A stretch of DNA of 64,000 bases from the NCBI GenBank assembly GCA_965204725.1, contig OZ242005.1, positions 4,816,079-4,880,078 of the forward strand, given 5' to 3'. Shown here piece after piece: positions 8,748 to 16,969 of the stretch. This stretch comes from Candidatus Latescibacterota bacterium (GTDB lineage: Bacteria > Latescibacterota > UBA2968 > UBA8231). The notes beneath the pieces were generated by a model, which was given only the letters and a program-made list of their open reading frames with translations, did no database searches and had not been told where the DNA came from. The position numbers and the translations under genes are program-made. The first letter of the stretch is position 1; the number at the start of each line of letters is the position of its first letter.

Positions 8748-10208
8748 ATGATTTACCCCCCCCCCCCCCGAAAATTCGGTCCTGAGTTTCGGCGTCGCCT
8801 GCCCCAGCTTCTGCTTGTGTTGGCCCTCATGCTGGCGGCCTTCGCCTACGGCGGCCTCGGCGTCCACTACCAGCTATTCCCCTTCCCGGTCATCGCCGAT
8901 GGCATAAAGACCTTGCGGACTCTACACGAGGTACATACCAGAAAGGACCACAACAGCTTCATGCACTTCACCGATGTGCCGCCGGACAGCGTGGCCTCCA
9001 ACCGCTTCGAGTTCGTGGCCGGCGATGCCCTCAGCGGCCCAGTGCTGTGGCAGGGCGGACGCTACCAGTTCCTCGACTATTGCCCCGACTGGGGATGCCT
9101 CGCAGTAGAGTTCACCGCCACCGGCCAAGTCGCCCATGCCTACCCGTTCCGCAACGATGAACTCGAACAGGCGGCAGCCGCTGCCCAATCCGATGAATTC
9201 CCCTACGAACTATCCCCCGCCGCCTCTTTCGTCGAGGTGTATGTGGCAGCCATGTCGCGCTACGCGAATGGCGACCTGCTGGTGATTTTTTACCAAGACG
9301 GGGCTTTCCCCCATGGTGCGGGCGTTGCTCGGATCGACCGCGATGGGCATCCGGTCTGGTTCCGGCGCGACTACAGCCACCACTGGCCACATATCGAAGA
9401 AAACGGCGTCGCGCTGGTGCCCGGCACGTTGGTTGGCAGCGAGAGTATATCCCTTAAGAGAGGGCGAGGTACTATCACGCGCAAGTGCCGCACGGGTCGG
9501 CCGTTGCTCGACGAGATTCGCATGATCGACGGGAATGGCCAGATCCTAAAGCGCATCAGCCTGCTTGACGCTTTGCGCAATTCTCCATTCATGCACCTCC
9601 TGCCCACATTCGGGAACAAGGCTTTTTGTAACCTTCACCTCAACTTCGTTCACCGGCTTCGGGATGACGCCGGCGGGACATGGGGCCTCGCGCCGGGAGA
9701 CTTCGTGGCGTCCCTACGCAACCTGAACGCATTCGCTATTCTCGATGGCGAATCCGGCCGCGTCAAACGGCTGGTTCGGGGAACCTTCCTCAGTCAACAC
9801 AGCGTCCATCACCTAACGGGATCGACCTTCCTGATGTTCGACAATTACGGCGGCGATGGGGTTCACGGCCCCTCGCGGCTGCTCATGATCGACATCGCCG
9901 ATGGCCGGGAGACGACCCTCTTTCCCAACGACCAGACGCCCGAACCCCTGCGAAACCTGTTCTCCAGCTACAAAGGCGCAATCGACATCTCACCCGATCG
10001 CAGTCGGGCGATGATCTTATTCACCGTAGAGGGCGTGGCTGTCGAGGTACGCCTCGCCGATGGCGCGGTGCTGAACGCCTTCCACTCCCTACATAATGTA
10101 TCGAACTTGGAGCAGTTCCCCGAGCAGTTCCCCGAAGAGTACCCCGAAGAACGGCAGCAAAGGGCCGCCGTATTCGAGATAAATGGACTTTACTACATCC
10201 GCAATTGA
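8748..10208 (+). CDS. Membrane-anchored beta-propeller-like protein, arylsulfotransferase (ASST)-like
   Basis: 486-aa ORF with an N-terminal TM helix (LLLVLALMLAAFAYGGLGV). Blocks CNLHLNFVHRL, QHSVHHL and MFDNYGG resemble ASST-family motifs from memory. The family call is tentative. Confidence 0.45.
   Translation: MIYPPPPRKFGPEFRRRLPQLLLVLALMLAAFAYGGLGVHYQLFPFPVIADGIKTLRTLHEVHTRKDHNSFMHFTDVPPDSVASNRFEFVAGDALSGPVLWQGGRYQFLDYCPDWGCLAVEFTATGQVAHAYPFRNDELEQAAAAAQSDEFPYELSPAASFVEVYVAAMSRYANGDLLVIFYQDGAFPHGAGVARIDRDGHPVWFRRDYSHHWPHIEENGVALVPGTLVGSESISLKRGRGTITRKCRTGRPLLDEIRMIDGNGQILKRISLLDALRNSPFMHLLPTFGNKAFCNLHLNFVHRLRDDAGGTWGLAPGDFVASLRNLNAFAILDGESGRVKRLVRGTFLSQHSVHHLTGSTFLMFDNYGGDGVHGPSRLLMIDIADGRETTLFPNDQTPEPLRNLFSSYKGAIDISPDRSRAMILFTVEGVAVEVRLADGAVLNAFHSLHNVSNLEQFPEQFPEEYPEERQQRAAVFEINGLYYIRN
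8756..8769 (+). repeat. C14 homopolymer inside codons 3-8 of the ASST-like ORF
   Basis: Counted directly: 5 C at 8756-8760 plus 9 C at 8761-8769. They encode the PPPP of MIYPPPPRKF. Confidence 0.9.
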
Positions 10209-10263
10209 GAAGAAGCGAGTCGTGGAAGGCGCGGCGTACCGAGAAAAAGAATCCGGTTGCAGA

Positions 10264-11445
10264 CTAAAAGACTTCGCCTTCGTATAGTCGGCGCAAAAAC
10301 TCCTCCAGCGGCCACACGTCTAGGCCGTCGTAGTGATAGGCCCGTCCGCCGGTATAGACGCCGATCATGCGCTCCACCTCAATGCCTGCGGCCTTGTGCA
10401 AGGAGCGCATGGGACGCTCCCAACTCCGGTTCCACTTTTCCGCTAACTTGACTTCCAAACAGACGACCCGCGGCGGCGCGGAAGCCGTGCGCTTGCGCGT
10501 TTCGATGACAAAGTCGATTTCCGCGCCAGCGGGGGTGCGGTAAAAGGCAATGGGGCGGTGTTTGTGGCACACGTGGTTATAGACGCGCAATTCGTGATAG
10601 ACCAAGGTCTCTAAGGCCGTACCCAGCCACAAGCGATCGGCCGGATCATAGGCGAGGCCGGCCGCGGCCCGGGCCACTCCGGCGTCGAACCAGTAGAACT
10701 TGGGACGCGCCTTTTCGCGCACTTTGAGTTGAGGGCGGTAGGCGGGTAGGAAGTGGCCGAGCAAGGTATCTTGGAGAATGGAGAAATACCCATCGACGCT
10801 ACTGCGCGGAATGGCGGCATCGCGGGCGACGTTTTGGCCGTTTACTACTTGGCCGTTGAGTAGCCCCGCGACTTCGAGAAAGCGGAGAAAGGGAGGCAAT
10901 CGGCGCACCAAGCCCTCCTCGCTGATCTCTTCCTTGATATACGTGTGGACATACGCGTACAGCAGGTCGGCAGCGTACCGTGGATCCGCTTGCACGAGGG
11001 GCAAAAGGCCCCATTGCAGGGAAAACGCAGCGTTGAAGCTAGCCCCCAACTCCCGCTGGGAAAATGGGGCCATAAAGCGGGTCAGGGCGCGCCCACCGAG
11101 CAGGTTGACGCCGCCGCGCCGTAACGTGCGCGCCGATGAGCCGCAGAGGGCAAAACGCCAGCTTCGCGTTTCTAGTAGGCGATGCACCTCGTCTAAGAGG
11201 GCGGGTACTTTCTGGATTTCGTCGAGCACGATCCACGAATCCGCCGCCCGGTCGCCGACGAGTGCTTCTAGGTCATGGGGGTTATGAGATAGCTGCAAAT
11301 AGAGGGCCGCGTTGAGCAGGTCAAAGAAGGCGGCATTGGGCAAGGCTTGGCGCAGCCAAGTGCTTTTGCCCACCCCACGCGGACCGAAAAGAAAAAAGGT
11401 GCGCTCGGGCAATTCGAGTAGGCGCTGTATTGAGGAATTCTGCAC
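10264..11445 (-). CDS. AAA ATPase with C-terminal DUF4143-type (restriction-endonuclease-like) domain
   Basis: Walker A in LFGPRGVGKST and Walker B in WIVLDEIQ. The C-terminal AEIDFVIE...VCLEVKL is a D...ExK pattern. GTG start at 11445. Confidence 0.8.
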   Translation of the reverse strand: MQNSSIQRLLELPERTFFLFGPRGVGKSTWLRQALPNAAFFDLLNAALYLQLSHNPHDLEALVGDRAADSWIVLDEIQKVPALLDEVHRLLETRSWRFALCGSSARTLRRGGVNLLGGRALTRFMAPFSQRELGASFNAAFSLQWGLLPLVQADPRYAADLLYAYVHTYIKEEISEEGLVRRLPPFLRFLEVAGLLNGQVVNGQNVARDAAIPRSSVDGYFSILQDTLLGHFLPAYRPQLKVREKARPKFYWFDAGVARAAAGLAYDPADRLWLGTALETLVYHELRVYNHVCHKHRPIAFYRTPAGAEIDFVIETRKRTASAPPRVVCLEVKLAEKWNRSWERPMRSLHKAAGIEVERMIGVYTGGRAYHYDGLDVWPLEEFLRRLYEGEVF

Positions 11446-11524
11446 AATGCAAATTTACGGAACAACCGTAAAAAAACAATGCAAACGTACAGGACAACGG
11501 TAAGAAAACAATGCAAACGTACGG
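11444..11524. repeat. 2.5 tandem copies of a 32-nt unit (ACAATGCAAAyrTACrG..ACAAC.GTAA.AAA)
   Basis: Units at 11444-11475, 11476-11507 and 11508-11524 (partial). They fill the whole spacer between the phosphatase stop and the ATPase start. Confidence 0.85.
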
Positions 11525-11525
11525 C

Positions 11526-12086
11526 CTATTCAGCCCAGAGTCTCTCGAAAACCAATCGCCCATCAGCGGCTTCTTTCAGTGCGAATACGTCTGGATTCGA
11601 TAAAGACTCCCATCCATCGTAGCCGAAATCAGGGTCCAGCGCGCTCAGGACCAGACTCAGGAGGTTCCCGTGGGTCACTGCGATTGGGAGCCGGTGCCCA
11701 CCGTCAAGCAGCTCGGTTATCGCGGCCCAGCCGCGGTCTAACACTGCGCGGGCCGATTCGCCTCCCGGCATCCGCAACTCCAAGTCTCCGAATGAGTCGC
11801 GGATCACCTCGCGCCAGTTGTCAACCGGACGCCCCGAAAGCGTCCGCTCAACTAGGCGGTGATCCAAGTGAACGGGCAATCCCACTGTGGCAGCAAACGG
11901 CTCGACGCTTTGCTGTGCTCGCGTGTAGGTGCTGGAGACGATCCGGTCGATCGGGTAGCAAGACAAGAAACGGGCAAGTCTTTCCGCCTGATGTAAGCCA
12001 ATCTCTGTTAGTGCGGCATCCGAGTCTTGTCCTGATGCCTGACAATGCCTAATCAGCATCAACTTGCTCGTTGCGTTAGCTCGCAA
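11526..12086 (-). CDS. Histidine phosphatase (phosphoglycerate mutase-like) family protein
   Basis: Contains LIRHCQASGQ (RHG-type catalytic His) and VTHGNLL (second His block). Confidence 0.8.
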   Translation of the reverse strand: MRANATSKLMLIRHCQASGQDSDAALTEIGLHQAERLARFLSCYPIDRIVSSTYTRAQQSVEPFAATVGLPVHLDHRLVERTLSGRPVDNWREVIRDSFGDLELRMPGGESARAVLDRGWAAITELLDGGHRLPIAVTHGNLLSLVLSALDPDFGYDGWESLSNPDVFALKEAADGRLVFERLWAE

Positions 12087-12912
12087 GCTGTGTCCACGCC
12101 GTTACATGGGGCAGTAAGGCCACCGGGCGTTTGGCCGTCACCACTTCTTGCCGAACTCGCTCGGCTAGGGTATCTACATCGACTTCCGCGGCCGTGGCAA
12201 TCCCGTACTCTTCTATGAGCGGGAGCAGGCTGCGAAGGCTGTTGGCAACGAATTGGTATCCCGCCCAACCCTCCGGCCCGCCGACCGGCGCCTCAAAGTG
12301 CATGTACGGCTCGGGCAGCCCCGCCTCGACAAATGCGCGGTACAGGTCGAACCCCATGGCACTGTGCGCTCCAGAACGCTCAAACACTTGGATCGCCCAA
12401 TCAATCAGCTTGTTTGCCAGCGGCGTCTCTGAACGATACATCTGCCGGTAGATGGTGAAATCAGCTTCCTGAAAGGCCACGATCCCCCCCGGGCGCAGGC
12501 GCGTCGCTAGCTGTTTTAGGGCGTCGGCGGGATCGGCCATGTACATGAGGACCAGACGGCCGATCAGGGCGTCAAAGTCGTTGCCCAAGTCCAAGGTCCG
12601 GGCGTCCCCAGCGACGAATTCGACGTTGGTACATCCCGCGCCCTGCGCCCGTGCCTGCGCCGTCTCGAGAATCGCCGGATTTACATCCACGCCCACGACG
12701 CTTCCCTCTGGACCGACCAACTCGGCGGCTGTCAGGGCCACATCCCCGGCGCCGCTGCCAACATCGAGCACCTTCATCCCGCTGCTAAGGCCCGCCTCCT
12801 TAAAAAAACGCCGCGTCACCGCGTCGTATAGTTGCGACTGCTGAATCAGACGCTCCTCTTCCCCCTCGGTGCGCCCCATCGTATATCTCGCATCGTTTCT
12901 CGACTCGTTCAT
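12076..12912 (-). CDS. Class I SAM-dependent methyltransferase
   Basis: Motif I is VLDVGSGAGDVAL. I moved the start to ATG 12912 (MNESRND...), which has GGAGG 9 nt upstream. It overlaps the downstream phosphatase start by 11 nt. Confidence 0.8.
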   Translation of the reverse strand: MNESRNDARYTMGRTEGEEERLIQQSQLYDAVTRRFFKEAGLSSGMKVLDVGSGAGDVALTAAELVGPEGSVVGVDVNPAILETAQARAQGAGCTNVEFVAGDARTLDLGNDFDALIGRLVLMYMADPADALKQLATRLRPGGIVAFQEADFTIYRQMYRSETPLANKLIDWAIQVFERSGAHSAMGFDLYRAFVEAGLPEPYMHFEAPVGGPEGWAGYQFVANSLRSLLPLIEEYGIATAAEVDVDTLAERVRQEVVTAKRPVALLPHVTAWTQLAS

Positions 12913-13069
12913 GGAACTCAATCCTCCTTTTCGCTCGTTGTTTTGGTTCGACAATTCGTCCACAGAGCATCTAGTGCGCTGAGAGCAATTCGGTATTCAA
13001 GGTACTTTCAAGCAGAAAGTCAAACGCCACCCGCCCACTGGCCTCGCCATCCGACTTGTCCTTGGGTCC

Positions 13070-14638
13070 TCACATGCCCCAAAGGTCGATCTCCACTCCG
13101 CTGACTGACGCCCGCCGGTCGCGAAACACCTTGTCCTCCCAACGCCGCGCCGCCCGCCGGTCGAAGATCACCAGATGACCCGCCTCAGCCGCACATTGGT
13201 CCATGTATCCAGCGGTCTGCTCCAAGCCCTCGGCAATGGTCTGCTCTAGGCTTTTGTGCAGCACCTTGCACTCAACCACGACCTTGCGCGTTTGCTCGCC
13301 CTGCGGCCAGAGGATGAGCAGGTCGGTGCGCCGCCGCCCCAACCCGTACTCCCGCTCAATGCGACCACCGCTGTTGACGATGCGCTGCAAAAACGCCTGC
13401 AACAGCAACTGCGGGCCGGCCTCTTGGTATTGGAAGCGCGTCACCCAGTGCTCCGAATGCTCGCGGAAGAAGGTCTGGAACGCGGCCATGAGTTTGTCCA
13501 CGTTTAGGTTGCCGTCCGGCTCGACGTACCAAGCGGTTTCCTGCGCCAGTTCCTCTTGGGCTACCCACGTCAGTTCGCGGGGGATGACCTCGGCGTAGAT
13601 GGGGTTGGCGATGCGCAACGGGCGGTCTTGGGCGACGAGGCCGAGATCGCGCACGTACTCCAAATCGCGGTCCATGAAGCGGCGTTTGTCGCCGCCACTC
13701 AACAGCGGCTCGACCACGCGGCGGACGCGGTCTTCTTGGAGTTTGTCGGTCAACTGGTCGAGGTGGGTCTCGCGGCGCTGGATGAGTTGCTCGCGGGCTT
13801 GGCCAATGGCCGTGGCGGTGATGGGTTCTCGCCGGTCAGCGGCTCCATCTCGGAAGCAGGTTTGGTCGGCTAAGGCGTTGACCAGCCACGGCTGCCCTTG
13901 GGTCTGCGTCCAGATCAGGGCCAATGCTTCCGCGGTGAACGCCTGCCCGGTTGCTGCGGTGTGCTGGGCGAGCAGGGCCTGCACTTGGTCGGGCGAGAAG
14001 TCGCCCAAGCGCAGGGAGCGCGCCTTGATGTTGAACGCGCTCCCGCCGGCGATGACGGCGTTGGCCGCCTTGGAATGGATGCGGTAGTCGCGCACGTCGC
14101 GCACTCCGCACAGGAGCACACTCTGCGGAAAGCCCTCGGGTCGGCGGTCGTAGCCGGCCCGTAGCTGCCGCAGCACCGCCAGCAGCGTGTCGCCGACGAG
14201 CGCGTCGATTTCGTCGATGAGCAAGACCAGCGGCTTGGAATCGGCCGCAGCCCAGCGGGCCAATGCCTCGCCCAAGGCCCCCGGACCATACTCGGCGAGA
14301 ATGCCGGACCAGACCTTGGGCAGGAACTCGTCGCCCATGGCACGCGCTCGGGACGCAAACTCGCCGAGTATGACCTGCATGGCCGGCTCCACTGCTTCGC
14401 GCATGGCTTGGCCCCCCTCGACATTGACGTACACGCAACGGCAGGCTCCCTCGGCGTTGAGCAGGTCGCACAGGGCGAGTAGGGTCGAGGTCTTGCCCGT
14501 CTGCCGCGGGGCGTGCAGGACGAAGTACTTCTCGTCGCGGATGAGGGCGAGCACCTCGTTCAGGTCCAAGCGTTCCAGCGGCGGGATGGCGTAGTGGCGG
14601 GTGGGCTTGATGGGGCCGGCGGTGTTGAAGAAGCGCAT
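13070..14638 (-). CDS. AAA-ATPase-like protein with C-terminal PD-(D/E)XK nuclease domain (PDDEXK_9-type architecture)
   Basis: MRFFNTAGPIKPTRHYAIPPLER N-terminus. Walker A in HAPRQTGKTS and Walker B in LLIDEIDAL. C-terminal RRTDLLILW...VVVECKV is a D...ExK pattern. I moved the start to ATG 14638, with GAGGAG upstream. Confidence 0.8.
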   Translation of the reverse strand: MRFFNTAGPIKPTRHYAIPPLERLDLNEVLALIRDEKYFVLHAPRQTGKTSTLLALCDLLNAEGACRCVYVNVEGGQAMREAVEPAMQVILGEFASRARAMGDEFLPKVWSGILAEYGPGALGEALARWAAADSKPLVLLIDEIDALVGDTLLAVLRQLRAGYDRRPEGFPQSVLLCGVRDVRDYRIHSKAANAVIAGGSAFNIKARSLRLGDFSPDQVQALLAQHTAATGQAFTAEALALIWTQTQGQPWLVNALADQTCFRDGAADRREPITATAIGQAREQLIQRRETHLDQLTDKLQEDRVRRVVEPLLSGGDKRRFMDRDLEYVRDLGLVAQDRPLRIANPIYAEVIPRELTWVAQEELAQETAWYVEPDGNLNVDKLMAAFQTFFREHSEHWVTRFQYQEAGPQLLLQAFLQRIVNSGGRIEREYGLGRRRTDLLILWPQGEQTRKVVVECKVLHKSLEQTIAEGLEQTAGYMDQCAAEAGHLVIFDRRAARRWEDKVFRDRRASVSGVEIDLWGM

Positions 14639-14854
14639 TTCTCCTCGTTCTTCTGCGCGAGTGATTGGTGGCCGAGAGGATAGCCCGGCTCGAAAATCTA
14701 CAAAAACAGCCCAGACCACTCAAAGCGGGCTGGGCTGTCGGCGGGAGGGGCCACTGCTTTGCGGGTCACTTGCTGCATCGACCCGGTCGGCTCTGGGGAC
14801 AGCTACTGGATGAACTTCACCTGATAGTTTTCACCAACCCAATTTTTGCTAGGA

Positions 14855-15219
14855 TCATATATATAGGAGATAGTATCCACTGGTGCCTGGAACAGTAAAT
14901 TCTTCATTAGCTCCGCCCCAGATTACCGAGGAAAAATCAACCCAGTAGTAAACCCCATTGTTATTTTCAATTCCAAAAAAGAGGACGGTTGGTTCACTCC
15001 AAGAAGAACTGAGAGGAATCGAAGCATGAGAGGGATTCCCTTCCGTGTAATTCCTATTCAAAATCGTCCCTTCAATGACCTGCACTTCCAGAGCGGTCCC
15101 TTGTGGCCCTTGCGGTCCCTGTGGCCCTATGGGGCCCTGGGGCCCTTGGGTCCCTCGGGTCCCTCACAAGCGGCCAAGCTCACCAGCAAACTCAGAAAGA
15201 TGAGTGCCTGTCTTTTCAT
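14855..15219 (-). pseudogene. Small lipoprotein with collagen-like G-X-Y repeats, interrupted by a 1-nt frameshift
   Basis: From ATG 15219 (GAGGAG upstream) the sequence reads MKRQALIFLSLLVSLAAC (lipobox) EGPEGPKGPRAP and then stops at 15127. A second frame gives GTRGTQGPQGPIGPQGPQGPQGTALEVQVIEGT... and continues as track ORF 14855..15085. This is my own reverse-complement and translation. Confidence 0.55.
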
Positions 15220-15643
15220 CAGCGTTTTACTCCTCGTCGGAAGGTTGGATGGGTCACGGTTGCCGAGCACGACGTAACAAGCGGCACAAACAAGACGCCT
15301 CAAAACTATACTGTCAAGGGAAATCCAGTGTCACCCCCGCTAGCCAACTATGGCCCCCGAGGAATACATCGCCTTGGTCGATGAATTGGGCGGCACCACG
15401 GGCGAGAGCCGCACCATGCTGCACGATACCTAGGCCAGCGAGTTGATGGGACACAATGTCTTTCGCCGCGCTTGGTAAAACGCTCACTCCCTCATCAACG
15501 CCGGCCACGTTGCTCGATCTGCACCCGCCCCAGCGACGATGGCCCCGTCCCTTTGTCCCCGCACGAAACTAGCCCCACAGCCAGCGACACCAACAACGCA
15601 CAGTTAAACATGCCTTGCCTCTATAGGGGCTAGAGCGGTCCTT

Positions 15644-16900
15644 TCAGCCTTCCAATACCGTCCCCTCGTCCTCCAACCGCGCCATCAGCTGAGCGAATTC
15701 AGGTGTGCCGTCGTCGTCCCAGTACTCGGTCTCAACCGGCGCGGCATAGCTGTGGGGTATCCCGCCCCGGGTCCAGTCGGGCCGGATTAGGAAATGGCGC
15801 GTCGTTAAGGGATCGTATCTATGGTACATCCGCGTCCCATTGGCGAATTGCGATTTGACGATCCACGGCTCGATGGGCGGCAATTCCCGGTTCTCTAGCC
15901 GCTCCAACTCGTCGCGGTCCAGAGTCAGACCCAAGCCCGGCTTTTCCGGCACCCGAATAAACCCATTGATCGGCTCTAGACGCTCGCGCACCACCTCGTC
16001 CTTGATAATTTCGCTGCTGTCGATAAAGTGAAAGGTCGCAGAGGGAAAGGCTGCCATCATCTGGCAAACCATGCTCCGGGTGATCGTGCCGCCTACATTT
16101 TGCAGCATGAACGGTATGTTGCCAGCAGCAAATAGACCAGCCGCACGGATAGCCTCGCCAATTTTCTGATGACCGCGCATGTACACATCCCCCGCCCCCA
16201 TTAACACTTCGTACGTAGCATTTAGCGGCGCTTGATGGCGCACAATAGGCAGGGGGATGCGCCGACGCAAGTCAATCGACGCCAAAGTGTCGCCGGCATT
16301 GAGCGAATCTTCAAAGCAGCCGGCAATGGGATATTGGGCCAACCTAGCCAGCAAATCCGGCATGTGGTCATTGGTGCCGCCGCCGGTAAAGTCGTAGTGG
16401 ATCTTGAACCCGGGCGGGGCCACGATCTGCATGGCCTCGGTCTGGTCGAAGACGTTCTCAAAGGGCGATAGGTGGAATTTGAGCCAAGTGTAGCCTTGGG
16501 CGGCGTAGCACTCCACAGCCTCGGCCATCCGGCTGGGGGCACTCGACACGGTCCAACTGCCCACCGGCACCCACGAGCGGTACTTCTGGCCGAAGAGCTT
16601 GTACACCGGCACTCCCGCGGCTTGGCCCATTAAGTCGTACATGGCCGTACCTAGCCCGATGGAGACTTCGTCGCCCATCCATTCAAAGGGGTTGCTGCCT
16701 AGGTACTGGTCAATCACTTCCTGCGGCTCGGTGCGACCACTCTCGCCTAGGCCCACTAGACCGGTATCGGTGTGGGCCACGTACACTGTGCGCCGAGTCA
16801 CGCCTTGGTAGTGGCTAACCGGATAGGCGATCCAGTCTTGGTACTCTAGGCTGATCTCGCGTACTTCTATCTCCGTGACTTTCACGACATCTCCGATCAT
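15644..16900 (-). CDS. Enolase-superfamily enzyme (mandelate racemase/muconate lactonizing enzyme-like)
   Basis: 418-aa ORF. It has an N-terminal capping-domain-like region (TGLVGLGESG) and a barrel region with acidic metal-ligand-type positions. The family-level call is from overall resemblance only. Confidence 0.6.
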   Translation of the reverse strand: MIGDVVKVTEIEVREISLEYQDWIAYPVSHYQGVTRRTVYVAHTDTGLVGLGESGRTEPQEVIDQYLGSNPFEWMGDEVSIGLGTAMYDLMGQAAGVPVYKLFGQKYRSWVPVGSWTVSSAPSRMAEAVECYAAQGYTWLKFHLSPFENVFDQTEAMQIVAPPGFKIHYDFTGGGTNDHMPDLLARLAQYPIAGCFEDSLNAGDTLASIDLRRRIPLPIVRHQAPLNATYEVLMGAGDVYMRGHQKIGEAIRAAGLFAAGNIPFMLQNVGGTITRSMVCQMMAAFPSATFHFIDSSEIIKDEVVRERLEPINGFIRVPEKPGLGLTLDRDELERLENRELPPIEPWIVKSQFANGTRMYHRYDPLTTRHFLIRPDWTRGGIPHSYAAPVETEYWDDDGTPEFAQLMARLEDEGTVLEG

Positions 16901-16969
16901 TTGGTCATCGGCGCCCGTCAGATTACCTGCAAGGGCGGCCGCAGAGGAGGCACGTTCAAAAACCGTAGG

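Noticed and set aside
15026-15508. Four overlapping 64-93-aa ORFs in the AT-rich spacer: 15026..15277, 15103..15384, 15204..15446 and 15314..15508.
   Set aside because: They overlap one another and the collagen-repeat gene. They lack RBSs and have repeat-derived or low-complexity translations.
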